64,000 bases of DNA from Marsupella aquatica (lineage: Eukaryota > Plantae > Marchantiophyta): contig OZ316891.1 of NCBI GenBank assembly GCA_973895155.1, forward strand, positions 8,495,875 through 8,559,874, in the 5' to 3' direction. Positions 1 through 12,290 of the stretch are shown piece after piece; within the stretch, counting starts at the first letter, position 1; every line of letters begins with the position of its first letter. Below the pieces are notes generated by a model. The model was given only the letters and a program-made list of their open reading frames with translations. It was not told where the DNA came from and did no database searches. A program made the position numbers and the translations under genes.

Positions 1-439
1 CGATTAACATTGAGGGCGACACCAGAGGATGAAGGTTGTGACGTGATGTGCATCTTCTGTTGAAGATCATCACTAAGCAGAGAACTTACCACATCATTGT
101 ATGAAATGGTATCCCTATCACGATGCAACAACACCCGTGATAGGGATGGGTAATATGGAGGCAATGAACTGAGAAGCTGTAGAGCCTTTGTCTCATCATT
201 CAAAATCTCCCCAAGGTTTTCCAAGATGAAAGCATCCACATGGTCCTGCAACTTTGTACTGGATTCCTTCATCCTGAAACTCATCAGTTTGTAGGAAGTA
301 TAGAGCCGATTCAACAACTCCTTGTAGTGATACTTGCTCTGCAATTCCGCAAACAAGGACATGCAGTCCTTATGTGCACCCAACTACTTGATGATGGGAG
401 GCATGAGATAGAGTGTAACACACCACACTCCCTGCTCCT
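1..439 (-). pseudogene. Ty1/Copia gag (UBN2-type) relic, C-terminal part
   Basis: Minus-strand translation EQGVWCVTLYLMPPIIK*LGAHKDCMSLFAELQSKY...LMSFRMKESSTKLQDHVDAF...KALQLLSSLPPYY resembles Copia gag. It has an internal stop and continues at 3049-3250 across the insertion. Confidence 0.8.
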
Positions 440-3048
440 TGTCACCTGCTTATCAAACAATTTACACAACAATTACGTATTTACTCCTACTGGGTGAGAC
501 TGTAAGGGAATTTACACGACAATCACGACGCTATTAGGATTCTATTGCATGTAGGATGAGTATGTTTATTTTTTCTCCCGGAAATGTAATTTTTGATCAA
601 GTCTACCGACTAGTCCCTCTGCTTTTGATCAAGTCCCATGGACTACGCCACACACACTCCTACTGGTCGCTGGTGGAGTGCTGTCACCACCCCCCCTACT
701 CACACGGTCAACCAATCCGTGCAAGTATTCCTTAGACACTTCTTGGGAAAGAACACAATCGTGAGCCAAAAAAGATAATGCCACACCAAAACTTGAGGAA
801 TCAAACCAAATCCATATCTTTTGGCAAAAAGTGGTAACACATTGCAAGGACAACCCGGCCTCCTGCCGTCTGCCCAACTCCTGCCTCACTGGGGCAAGCG
901 CTTCACCTCTACCTCACTACTCTGGCTCTAATTCCCCTTCTGGCTATGAGCTAACTTCCCTAACACCAACACTAGACTGAGTCCCCCCCCCCCTCATTCA
1001 CTACGAGGCTCCCCCCTAAATACTAAAAAAACACCAAAGCACCCCTCACGGAGTGGCAACAACGGCGGCAACCCTAGCAGCGCCGCCAAAAATATCTAAG
1101 AGATAAACTAACCTAAGCGTGCGGCACACACACGCTGTGAAAAACCCTAGCCCACTACGGTACCAGTGGTGCCTTCGCCGGTACTAACATCCAATCCGTA
1201 GTGCATGAAAAGCAAGGGCCCTACACTAGTTTGAAACTGGGAATTACTCCCACTACTCACTAAAGGAACAGGGTAGCCTTCACTAGTCTTCACTGGACTC
1301 ACTTACTGAATCAGGGCTCCACCCCCTGGAATCCTCACCTCCACTGGTAATGATGAGGGTGATGAAATGTTGGTACCATGACTAGCTGATACGGTGGCAC
1401 CGTGACCAGCTTGGGTTTCCCGTGATGACTTACGGGTCTCCCGCAACTATTTCTCCAACATCTTACTCTTCTCCTTCTCCTTCTCCTTCTCACTCACAGT
1501 GCCCTGGCTTGAGCCCCGTGAGTTGGTCTCCTCATCAGTCCTCCTCCTCCTCACTCATGGTGCCTTGGCTTGAGCCCCGTGAGTTGGTCTCCTCATCAGT
1601 CCTCCTCCTCCTCACTCATGGTGCCTTGGCTTGAGCCCCGTGAGTTGGTCTCCTCATCAGCCCTCCTCCTCCTCACTCATGGTGCCTTGGCTTGAGCCCC
1701 GTGAGTTGGTCTCCTCATCGCTCTCCATTGGATTGGATACCACTCCACTAAACAAGGACTCACTTGAGTCCACCACCTCCTATCCTATCTATCTACCCTG
1801 CCTACCAGCCTCAATCCTCCTGATCCCCACCACCGGTTCGTTGTAAAAGGAGGGGACCCCTATAATTGTCGAAACTAAAATTTTCTCAGAATTCACTTCT
1901 GAAAACATATCTGAGGAGCCCTCCTCTTCCTGATCACGGCTCCGTAAACGGTGCACAAAACGGAGGTCAAACGGCCAGGATATGGTCGTTTAAGTTTTCA
2001 CGGGGCATCGTCTTCCTCCATTTCGTCCGTACAACACCAGGGGGCCTCGACTTTGCAAAACACGGATCACGGTTTACTCGTATGTGCTGCTACCTCCTCC
2101 TTCTCTTGCAAAGCTGGGACCTCCTGCCGTACGGACATCCGTACGGCCTCAAAACTCATGTATTCTAAAAAAAACGGAATCTGTTGTATCTCCCCCGTCT
2201 TAGCTCCGTTTTGGCCGTGTGACACATCGTTGGATTCAGCTCGGCGAGCTCTTTCCAACAAGCCCATAGACTCCTAATTTTGAGATGGTCGAAAATCTGA
2301 TGTTCGTACAACCAGGGTCCGTACACACGTTGAAAGCAAGCACAAGAGGGAAAGGGTTTAGGGTTTAGGTATGGATGGAAACCCCACAAGTGAGAATAGA
2401 GAAAGAAAGAAGGAAGAAAGTGTGAGGAAGAGAAAGATAGCTAAAAAAAACATGTGAGGACCACACAAAGGGTGAAGGGGAACACAAGTGTGGGAATCCC
2501 TTCTTTCTAAGGGCCCTCCCACCATCACTCCTCCAAGATTGTCTAGTTTGTCGTTTTACGGGCGTTGAGGCCCCTCGAGATTTCACTCTTTGATATAGAC
2601 CTAAACTCAACTAGATAACCTCAGTTTCGCATGGGGCTCATCGAGGGCTTCAAAATGAATCCAAACATGACCATGTTTAGAATAGTACTAGCGTAGCAAC
2701 GTCTGTTTTAAATTTCAACATTTTCTATATTTTGGTCATTCTTCCCGTTTTACGCCTTACATGGAGCCTCCGACCAGCCCCCACCCCTCCAAGATGCCCA
2801 CACCTTGGCTCCAAGTCCTTGGGCTGCCTTGTGGCCTCCTTTTACCCCCTCAATGGTTCCCTTGTCATCCATCACCGCCTGACACCCCTCTCTACTCTGG
2901 CCTCCGGTTGTCGCATCAATTTTTTAGAACTAACAAAAATTAAAAATTTTGAAAACCAAACACTTTTGCTACACCTACTTGTCTTCCTACTCATATACGC
3001 AATTATAAGTCATCACTAAGTTACTACCGGGTTTGGGGCCCTGTCACA
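440..3048. mobile_element. Solo-LTR-like insertion (2.6 kb) inside Copia gag
   Basis: Begins TGTCAC (440) and ends TGTCACA (3048). Flanked by a 5-bp direct repeat CTCCT (435-439 and 3049-3053). Removing it restores the gag frame DRMQ-EQGVWCV. No coding domains recognised inside. Confidence 0.75.
1499..1720. repeat. 61-bp tandem repeat, ~3.6 copies
   Basis: Unit GTGCCTTGGCTTGAGCCCCGTGAGTTGGTCTCCTCATCAGTCCTCCTCCTCCTCACTCATG repeated head to tail. Confidence 0.9.
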
Positions 3049-3250
3049 CTCCTGCATGCGGTCTCATTGTTTCTCATCAACATCGTCTTCACGAGGGCTC
3101 TGCAATTGGCCCATCCCTGAAGCATAGAGCACTCCCTTCACCTGCTTCTCCCAAAGCAAGTAGTCAGAGCGCCCATCATACTTTGTCACTTCATACTTGG
3201 GTCCCCAAGCTTGAACGTAACCATCTTCTTCTTTGGCACTACCGTGAGCT
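3049..3250 (-). pseudogene. Ty1/Copia gag relic, N-terminal part
   Basis: KYEVTKYDGRSDYLLWEKQVKGVL matches the Copia gag N-terminal KFDG-x-NY-xx-W pattern (within ORF 3064..3486). Stop codon near 3064. Confidence 0.75.
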
Positions 3251-4685
3251 CCGGTAGTAGAACAGCTTCCTCCACCGCCAAAAATGGGAAGAATGACCAA
3301 AATATAGAAAACGTTGAAACTCCACACTCCCCTCACAAAAACCCGACAATTTTGGCCCTCATTTTTACTCAGGAAAATGCAGTGGGGAAGGGGGGTCACA
3401 GCGGGTGAGCAGCCGTTAAGACTAGCCAGTAGCAACTTGCCACATGGCAAGAGGAACCCTATACAAGTTGATATTAATCCAAACACAAAATAGGGGGAGG
3501 CTGGCCGGGTTGATAATTAAATTTATTTGGGGGGCACTTTAGTAACATCAGGTAGTTTCGGGGACAGGCTAGTAAAAATCTGTTATTTAATATGAAAAGC
3601 TCCTGACTACATATTTAAAGAGAAAATATACTCTAATTGTTTGGGGTGACTGGTGAGGGTTTGAACTGAGAAAAGCCTCAATGTATGTTGAGCTTTCTAT
3701 CTTCAAAAAGGGGGGGAGGGGGGCATCAGACCCTAGCAGAACTGCCCTGCACAAACCCCCATCTAGTGGGATCCCGGGGGGTTTGGATACTTGAGTTTTC
3801 CAGAAATTCTTGGTCATTTGAACAAGCAAAGACCCAGGGCTAAAACTGACCATTGCCATAAAGGCCTTCAATTTAGTTGAAGGCTGCAGATCAAGCTACA
3901 CTCAGCTCTTGCCCAGTGCACACTCCATAAGTGAAAACCCTGGCTCATTGCAAGGCACCCAATTCTTCCTTTTCCTGATACAACAACAAATATATAAGTG
4001 CACCTGAATTGAGCCTGAAGTCCAATTTTACTCCAGGTGGGCTAGCCAGGGGGCCAAAACCTCATAACTCCAAGGCTGGCAGGGGGTTCATGGCTCACAA
4101 CCAAATTACAAAGAAAAATAGTACAGAAGGGTTTTAAGGAAAGAAAGGAGTTCTGAGCAATGGCTCAGAGAGGGCTCACTAGACTCCTATAGATAAATGC
4201 AAGTGCACACATTTTGCTTAGTGGGAGTGACTGTGCACTTAGAGAGAGTTCTGGCAACACTCTCTACAGTAGGGCGTATCAAATATTGAAAAAAGAAACA
4301 CTCTCTACAGCAGGGCGTCTCAAATATTGAAAAAAGAAACCGCCTCACGGTCCAGCGATGCACTCGGGCACACCAAAACTGGGTATAGCCGGGCATGCAG
4401 TGATATTTTCGGGCTCTCAGATTTGAGAGGAGTTAGAGGGGTGTGTGGCAGTGTGTGAAAATCCAGGGTGAGTAGATGAACACAATGAAATCGGGTCCTC
4501 TCGTTGCCACAGTCGGCCCTCAATTTCAGTCATGACTCACTCTCCTTACCACAGTCAGCCCTCAATTTCGGTCACAACTCCCGGGCAGTGACTGGCCGGT
4601 ATGGCCTCATACTCAGTGCCCCAGTCATTCCTGCTTCTCCGTTCACAACACTCCCGAACAAACTCCCGAACGAATTCATCCACAA

Positions 4686-4880
4686 AAATTCATTGTATTG
4701 ATATACCCTAATATAAATTCATTGTATTTGAGATACCTTAGTATAAATCCAAAAATTCATTGTATTTGACATATCCTAATATAAATTTATTGTATTTGAG
4801 ATACCCTAATACAAGTCAAATATACTAGTACAAATTCATTGTATTTGAGATACACTAATACAAGTCAAGTGTACTAGTTC
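4686..4880. repeat. Degenerate ~28-bp tandem repeat
   Basis: About 5 copies of AAATTCATTGTATTTGAGATACCCTAAT. Confidence 0.75.
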
Positions 4881-5516
4881 TGCTCACATACTCCTTTTAT
4901 GACAAAGGGGATCCCAAGGACAAGGGATTGAGACAACAATTGTGGATCACGAATCACGAGCTCCTTAATTAGTGTCCGGCCGGGTGTCCTGCACAGCACT
5001 CCGCCTGAAGAGCACATCAGATTTGACCAATTTTTCTCGGGGCCAATTTATGCTTAGGACTGTTCCTATGAATCGCTGCTTGTCGAGATCCAATGTTGTC
5101 CTCTCAATCCCTGTGACATGGTTGCCGGCTCCAATTCAGAGGACAACACTGTACTAGTAAAGGTGAGCAGGGATGGTTTCGGACTCAGGCATGATCGATG
5201 CTCGATTGTTTACTCGACTACAGTCATGCAGACTTAGGATTCAGCTCTCAGCCTCTCACCCCGTGTTTCACCTACTCATCAGCCCGCTCATCAGATTCTG
5301 TCCTTCCGCTGTTATTGTTTATTAGCTCGCGCTTGATTCGAGGCTGGTTCGAAATCTAGCCACGGAGCTTAGATGCTCTCCCGATCGATCCTACTAATTT
5401 TATTTTTCTAAATGCATGACGACAACAGGTTCATTTCCCAAGCTTTTCGGACGGCCTGCGCCCTTGATCCACTTTTCATGGAACTCAGATTTCATACGGG
5501 GGTTGCATGGAAATAA

Positions 5517-5947
5517 GGGGGGCTTTACAAGAACTTGGGGGCAGCCATTCCATTTTTTCTAAGTGAAAGATGCAATCCTAACCATTCATATGTGGGAACT
5601 GGACACACTTCACTTTACATGAACTTGGGGGCATAATGAACAAAAAACATTATCGAACTTAGTCATCAAAAAACATTACCGAACCTAGTCATCTGTCAGT
5701 GGGCCCCTTGTGGGTCCCTTTTTTTGGTGAGGTGTGCAAGCTTTTTTGTCAAAAACTTAGACCTCCTCTTGAGGTGGTCTAAAAACTTGGAGCAAAGGGC
5801 AGCTTGTTTTAAAGGAATTGCATTATTATTTTCAGACCTGACACATTTTGGCTTAGGTATTTTAACTTTTGTGGAATGAAATGGCCATCAGCTTTGCTCT
5901 GGATGAAGAGAGAGTGAACGGCCCCCACAGTCTTGTAAAGCCCCCCC
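5517..5947. mobile_element. Tourist-like (PIF/Harbinger) MITE
   Basis: TIRs GGGGGGCTTTACAAGA ... TCTTGTAAAGCCCCCCC, with TAA on both flanks (5514-5516, 5948-5950). Confidence 0.8.
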
Positions 5948-6199
5948 TAATATGATCGTGACGCACTAGACCTCGACGGTGGCCACACAGAACACCTTAG
6001 TGTGTCATGCGATCAAGAAATCCGCTGTCGGTGCGGCAGTCTCCAGTTTCTACTTTGAATGGATGAATGATTAATCTACCGAAGTCAGAGGGATGGTTGA
6101 TCTGTCCCTCAGACAGATGGCTGATGTAAAAAAAATGATCTCCTTAGGTGGCTGGTTAGTGGTTACACGGGGGTTACACAACCCGCTGTAACACGCTAA

Positions 6200-6521
6200 G
6201 AGCTAGGTTCCATGGGGCTGGGAGTAAGGAGTAGGGATGCTGTCAGAATTTTTAAACAAATAAGATTGTAGCTTTTCCAGGGACTGAAGGGTGTACGAAT
6301 ACTGTATCAAGGAGTAAGGTTTTCCCTCACAGTCCTGTTAAACTTCAGGGGTACCCCCTTGCCCCTCTATAAAAACAGTATGGGGTATTCTCATTGGCTC
6401 CTCAGTCAAAATTCATACATTTAAAATACTGTATACACCTTGGCATACGATGTATTTGGGTCCCAGGGGATGTCAGAGGGAGTGACCATACTCCCTACCC
6501 CTGGCCCATGGAACCTGGCCC
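6200..6521. mobile_element. Tourist-like (PIF/Harbinger) MITE
   Basis: TIRs GAGCTAGGTTCCATGGG ... CCCATGGAACCTGGCCC, with TAA on both flanks (6197-6199, 6522-6524). Confidence 0.8.
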
Positions 6522-6753
6522 TAAGGAAGGCCGCGCGAGTGGATTCGGCTGCAAGAGTCGGATGATCCATGCAGCGAGCCAGTCAAATCTCTCGGTGTGT
6601 TTGTGGTTCGTGTCGATCAAGCAAGCGGAACTTTGGTAGACATCCACTGATCGGAGGGAGCGATCTGAGCAAGGGCATAAAGCTGACGTACGTAGGCCGC
6701 ATTACCTGTCGGTCGTCGGCAATCGATTTTGTCAGGCCCCTCGATCGCGCAAT

Positions 6754-7076
6754 CCAATAGGGCGTCTCAACCCTGCGCGTTCTAGGACTCCTTCCGGTCA
6801 CCCGGATGTCTCTAATCGCCGCCCGATATTGAACACCGGTACCCAAAATCGGGTCCCAAAAAACTGGGGGTCTGAACTTTACCTCGCACCTCAAAGGAGT
6901 CCCGGCACGGGTTAGACCTGGGTTTTTCCAAAGAAAAATTGTAATCAAAAAAACCCGGGAAAAACTTTACGGTCACCAAATGGGTGGGCCGACCACCTGA
7001 TCCGGGCGGCCGGCAACTGTGAAATCCCGGGTGCCATTCGGAATTCCAAATGCTTAAGTTTGAGACGCCCTATTGG
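6754..7076. mobile_element. Small TIR element (MITE-like)
   Basis: Perfect 17-bp inverted repeat CCAATAGGGCGTCTCAA / TTGAGACGCCCTATTGG. Related ends occur near 4311 and 59430. No clear TSD. Confidence 0.6.
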
Positions 7077-8449
7077 TTACGGCACCCGATCTTCCGGACG
7101 TGTTGGTCGGACCAGTTTGTTAGCCCAGCGAGTGGCGGTCATGTCCGGGCGGTATCCAAGACGATTAGAGGAACATTGTTTCCAGGAAGAAATTGCCGAA
7201 GGATTCGTGAAACGGGTCGACAATGGTGCGAATGTTATCCTCTGGTAAGTATCGCTATCACGACAAAAAAGAAAGCGTAGATCGACAAGGAAACCTGAGC
7301 GGCATGACGTCGAGGAGAGCTTCGGAGGTAGTGTCCCCAAGATTGGTCATTCAAAGAAATGAACACACGTGTCTACAGTCTGTGGTGTCTCATAAGGTAA
7401 GTCCGAGACGTCTTTAGAGGCATCGTTTTCGCTGTGATTAGAGCTCTAGTCCGTCTCGAGGCTTTCCAACAACTTCCGTCATCAATCAAGACATCACTGT
7501 CTTTCAAGAATTTTACGTTGATGCATTGGCTTCAATTAAGCAAGCTCATCTTACACGTAAAAACAAGAGGCGGAACACAGAATTTTACGGGTCACTGTCT
7601 TGATGCATTGGATTCAAGTAAGCTGGCTTTCCACGTGGAAACAAGAGGTGGAACACCTTTGTGAAGAATAAGAATAGTCGATGGATTTAATTAGCCTCAA
7701 CGAATTTTTCAAGGCAAAAAGGGTAGTCTAAGGATTTAAAAGGGAACCAAATCCTGTGCGTCATCCTCCCTGGGAACCAACCAATGGACAGTTAATAACT
7801 TTATTGCTATCAAAGACGGAAGCCCCTCAACCGAGGCCGCACACAGCACGACTGGACTTGCAAAATCCAGGTCTCGCGCCGCCAACAATAGTGGGCCCGT
7901 AGAATGAAGGATCTCTTCATCGTTATCATTATTTATAAACGCTCTAGGTCAAAATCTCTCTCGATGTTGAAGTCATTAGGTTCGCACCGTACTCTTGATT
8001 CTCTGCTTGCGTTGGCCACATAAGCTAGTGATGATGGTGGACCGGAGCGGAAGTCTACTCATTCGGAGCAAACACAGTCTTGAACGCGAAATAGCTCAAC
8101 GATCCAAGCAGAGAGAATAAAATCCTTGGCCAACAGTCACTGCACGTCCGAACTCGTACGTCCGAACTAGTATAAATTTACAAAGGAATCGAGAAGGAGT
8201 ATATATAATCTCGGGGAAATCCGAATAGAATACAAAATACCATTCCGGACCTTAGTTTGCCTCGCCGCGACAGCCAACTGTTGATCTATGTACACTCGGA
8301 ATCACAATTACTCCGTTGTCTGAATTCGAGTCCCCACATATTTGAATTCTCCCCAAAAATTGTTCTATCGTGACGACCCCAACTACAGTTAGTAGACGGT
8401 CGCTTTTCTTGCCTCAAGCTATAGCTAGAGTCTCCGTAAAGAATGGAAT

Positions 8450-11221
8450 TTACTGGACTTTGAAGTCCCGTGGAGTCCCATGTTGTAGGAACTGGGACCA
8501 ATCCGGCTGGACAAAATTGAGTAGAGCGTGCAGGGTTCGAGAAGCTGTCACAATCTCTCGCACACAGTCCACTATAACCCCGTCCACGTTCAGATTATAC
8601 TGCTGTACCAACGCCTCCGCCACGTTGCTGCAAAGACGACGCTTATATCTTTAGAATTCAGCTCTTACGTAGAAGCCAAGGAAAGAAACTCCATGTTCAA
8701 CCTCAAGTACTACAGTCTAATATGCGAACTTTATGAAAGTAGAAACTTACTTCATATCACCGTACGTGAACAGAGAAAGCCCTGCATTTTTTACTTGGGA
8801 AGCTAGTTGAGGTTTCTTCAGGATGGCCAAGACTTCAGACACCACACCTTGCAGTCCGTCTGTGTAGTAAGACCATGCAATAATAATATACTCGGAGGTC
8901 AGGGAAGGGAAACGCTTTGGAAGGAAAAAAAGCAAGTTATTAATATAAACTTAAAACGTTACGGTAGCGAGCACGATAGTTTCTGGGCTCTTACTTTCAA
9001 GGCATACGTCGATGGCAGCTTCCACCGAGTTCCTGCGTGGGTCTGCATGAATTTGTTCTACTCCGCCCTCAGTTAGCATGAACACCTGCAAACAAATAAC
9101 AAAATTAAATTTAGATTGTAGGTTTTAATCGATCAAATCGATCAGAACGTCGACAATAAGTAAGTTCTGCTGGTCTCAGACCAGGACCGACGGGCGGGAT
9201 ATATGTTATAGATTGTGTACCGGGTATGTCTTTTGGTCCCGGCGTAGAAGGATCGCCGCATCAGGATGAAAACTCGAGAAATAGATGGCGCGGCCGCCAG
9301 CGTAGGTCTCCACATCCTGAATGCAATCATTGCTGAGTAAGCAATAACCCACGAACGACATACCAGAGAACTCTGGGCTCAGTTCAGAGTTCAAGAAATT
9401 TTCATCTAAGAAACGTGGACAGTGGAAGGGAACGATACAAGCTCTTTACTTATTGACAGGTACTTCGAGGAAACTAGTAAAGCTGAGAAACTACCCTCAG
9501 GATCGCGGAGATGACGCGTCTGAGTTCGTGTTCGGTGGTCTCATCCGTATCGTGAAACTTGACTTCGATGTTAAACCCCATGGATGCTTCCACCAACTCA
9601 AACGCGTCCTTCAGAGTACAGAGGGAGTCCTCTAAAGTCGAAGCCCAAGGTTTCACTATCCCGTCTCTTTGCCTTCTCACCAAGCTCTTCCCGGCCTGCA
9701 TAAAGGATCGACCCGAGAGGTCTCAGTTCTACTTCTATGCATGAAGATCGATAAAGGGCAGTTCATGTTCATCTTTCCGTTTAAAATTCAAGAGAAAGTT
9801 TTGCCTCTGATCTCACAAATATTTTCTCTTGCGTTCAAAATAAATCTGTTGACTAGTTAGGGATACCTTTCCATCCTTCTGAGGTCCGAAAGCTAAAAAT
9901 TCTTCCAGAGTCAGATCTCCGATTTTGCTGGCCTGCCATGTTGCAAGTATTTCAAGAGCCGTTAGGACATCACAGAATCAAACAATGAAGGATTGATTGA
10001 AAACGACAAGCTCCTAATCAATCAAGACAATTTCATTGAAGTGGCAGGTTCGACACATGAATGCCGAGATGAAACGACAAATGTACGACAAATGTTCCGG
10101 AAAACACGGTTATATATTGTGGACTACATGTTCTTTGATACAGTCGAGATCGGAGTAGAACGAGAGATCATTTGATCCTATTCGTGAGTTCACGCAAAAC
10201 ATAAAACATACCTGGCCTTCAGACAGAACAAGGTCGTCGTGGAAAATCACCGGATGACCATCTTTCGTCACCTGGAAAGTGTCACTTGGGGCGTTAATTA
10301 ACAGTCAGTCCAAAACATTTGAGCTTATAATTTTCTAACTTAGGCTAGTATTACGGTGCGAAAGTCGAGGGCAAAACAGATTACCTGCACATCAAATTCC
10401 GCGTAGTCTGCACCATTATTTGCAGCCAGATTGAATGATCTGATGGTGTTCTCCCTCACTGACAGTCTAGTGCCAGGAACGTCTCCTATGGTAAGTGCGT
10501 TATTCTTTCCGCACCCGCGATGGCCGACGACGATGAGCCTGCCGTTTCGCCTGGCGTCTGGACGAAAGAGCATTAATATCGACGGCTGTTAGATGAGGAT
10601 ACGCTTCTTACGAATACGTGCACATATCATCCGATATGTCATTGACGTGTCGTTTATGAAGGACACGAATAAAGAGAATTGAAGCTGGAGAGATTAAGAG
10701 ACTCACGAACGATTTATTTTGGTTTGAAGAGCAGAAATGTTGGGGCTTGTGAGAATTGCACAGACGAGTGGTTATCATGGAACCTTTCCAGAAAAACAGA
10801 AGGCATCCCATTTCTCGACGGACAATGCCACGACTCTTGGAATCAGACACACGTAGGCCAGATCCATTATATTGATCTTCATCGTGAATGCAGTTGGACG
10901 TAGTGATGAGACATTGCTCAAGTACTGTAGTAAATTAAGAGACCATATTGCAATATACCTGGCCGCGTGTTTTCCGACGCAGTTACTGCCACCGGCACAT
11001 CGTTCGGGATGGAGTCCAATTTGTAAAGAACAGGTGTAGCTGATCACAGATTCCAAAACATTCATTCAGCAGAAGTAAGAAGCGGGGTAAGAAGTTACCA
11101 CAAGGTCCCTGTCAAATCGCACATACAGTATACAAATCGATAGCACAAACCAAGCAAACTGTTCTACAAAAACTGTGCAGCAATCGCAAATATCAAACTC
11201 ACCAACTTTCGATGCCGCCAT
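8450..11221 (-). CDS. GDPD: Glycerophosphodiester phosphodiesterase (plant GDPD1-3 type), copy 1, 10 exons; exon 3 appears frameshifted
   Basis: Exons with GT-AG borders encode MAASKV / [16 protein letters not shown] / VVGHRGCG...[10 protein letters not shown]...EFDVQ / [13 protein letters not shown] / [16 protein letters not shown] / GFNIEVKF / [11 protein letters not shown] / [11 protein letters not shown] / GLQGVVSEV...LFTYG / NVAEA...VDGVIVD, with stop at 8450-8452. These are GDPD catalytic motifs (HRG, E-x-D, H). Confidence 0.85.
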
Positions 11222-12061
11222 TTTAGAATCTAGCAATAATAATCTCTCGTTTCAAAAATGCTGCCCAGCTAGACAACTCGTCTCCGATCAAAGTCCACAA
11301 AACCCAACTATCTGATTCTCCTCCAAACCATCCGCAGGCCAAAACCGTCGTCACGAATCCATGCCCCTCGCACAGAAGCCCGAGCCGCCGATTGTCCGAA
11401 ACCTTTCGGATGCGCCGCCGCTCCGACTACCCCTTCCGTTGCAGCAGGATCCCGAGTAGTGGCCGATCTGAGAGTCCGACATGCTGCTGCTGGTGAAGCT
11501 TAAACACCGCACCGCAGTGGCTGATTATGAATGGATTCAACAATTTGCTGCAAGATTGGCATCGCGCTCGAAGATTCCCTGGGCTCCAGTGCAGTGCTTT
11601 CTGACTAGTATAAGAGTGTCATTCTTGGTGTGTTCTTCGTCTTCGTCTAGCTCCACAGTCCAGGCGCCTCCTTTCTGGTTCGGTCGTTGGGAAAGCTCCG
11701 ATTCGTGATCGAGCCCGAGCAATCGACCAGCGCGACAGACGTTCGACTTCCGAGCTCCGCATATTCGCGGCATCGATTGGATTGCGAGTGCATATTCTTC
11801 GGATCATCCCTTCTTCCTTCCGATGTGCAGACAGACCCGACTGCCAACTGTCCCTCCACCCCCAGAACGACCCTCACCTTCCCCGAGACGCCAGCTCAAC
11901 TCCGTGCCATGGAACCCGCTTCCGTCTCCCGCGTCGCCCCTGTCAGCGCGTTCACTCCACTCCTCGTCAGCAACCCGTCCCTCCACGTCGGCGAATCCAT
12001 GAAACCCGGTTCTCATTTTACCGAGCCACTCCCTCCCACCCCTTCCCCAATTAACCGTGGT

Positions 12062-12290
12062 TTAGTAAGTGAGCCCCACAACTGCATGATGTTAAGTAAG
12101 TGCCCCACAACTGCATGATGTTAAGTAAGTGCCCCACAACTGCATAATGTTAGTAAGTGCCCCATAACTGCATACAATCAGTAAGTGCCCCATAACTGCA
12201 TAAAATCAGTAAGTGCCCCACAACTGCATACAATCAGTAAGTGCCCCACAGCTGCATAATGTCAGTAACTGGCCCCACAACTGCATTAAT
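12062..12290. repeat. 28-29-bp tandem array, ~8 copies
   Basis: Unit AGTAAGTGCCCCACAACTGCAT(G/A)ATGTT. One inverted degenerate copy at ~12337-12363. Confidence 0.9.

Noticed and set aside
12062-12290. CRISPR-like repeat-spacer array
   Set aside because: The variable part is only 6-7 nt and is itself repeated, so this is a tandem repeat.
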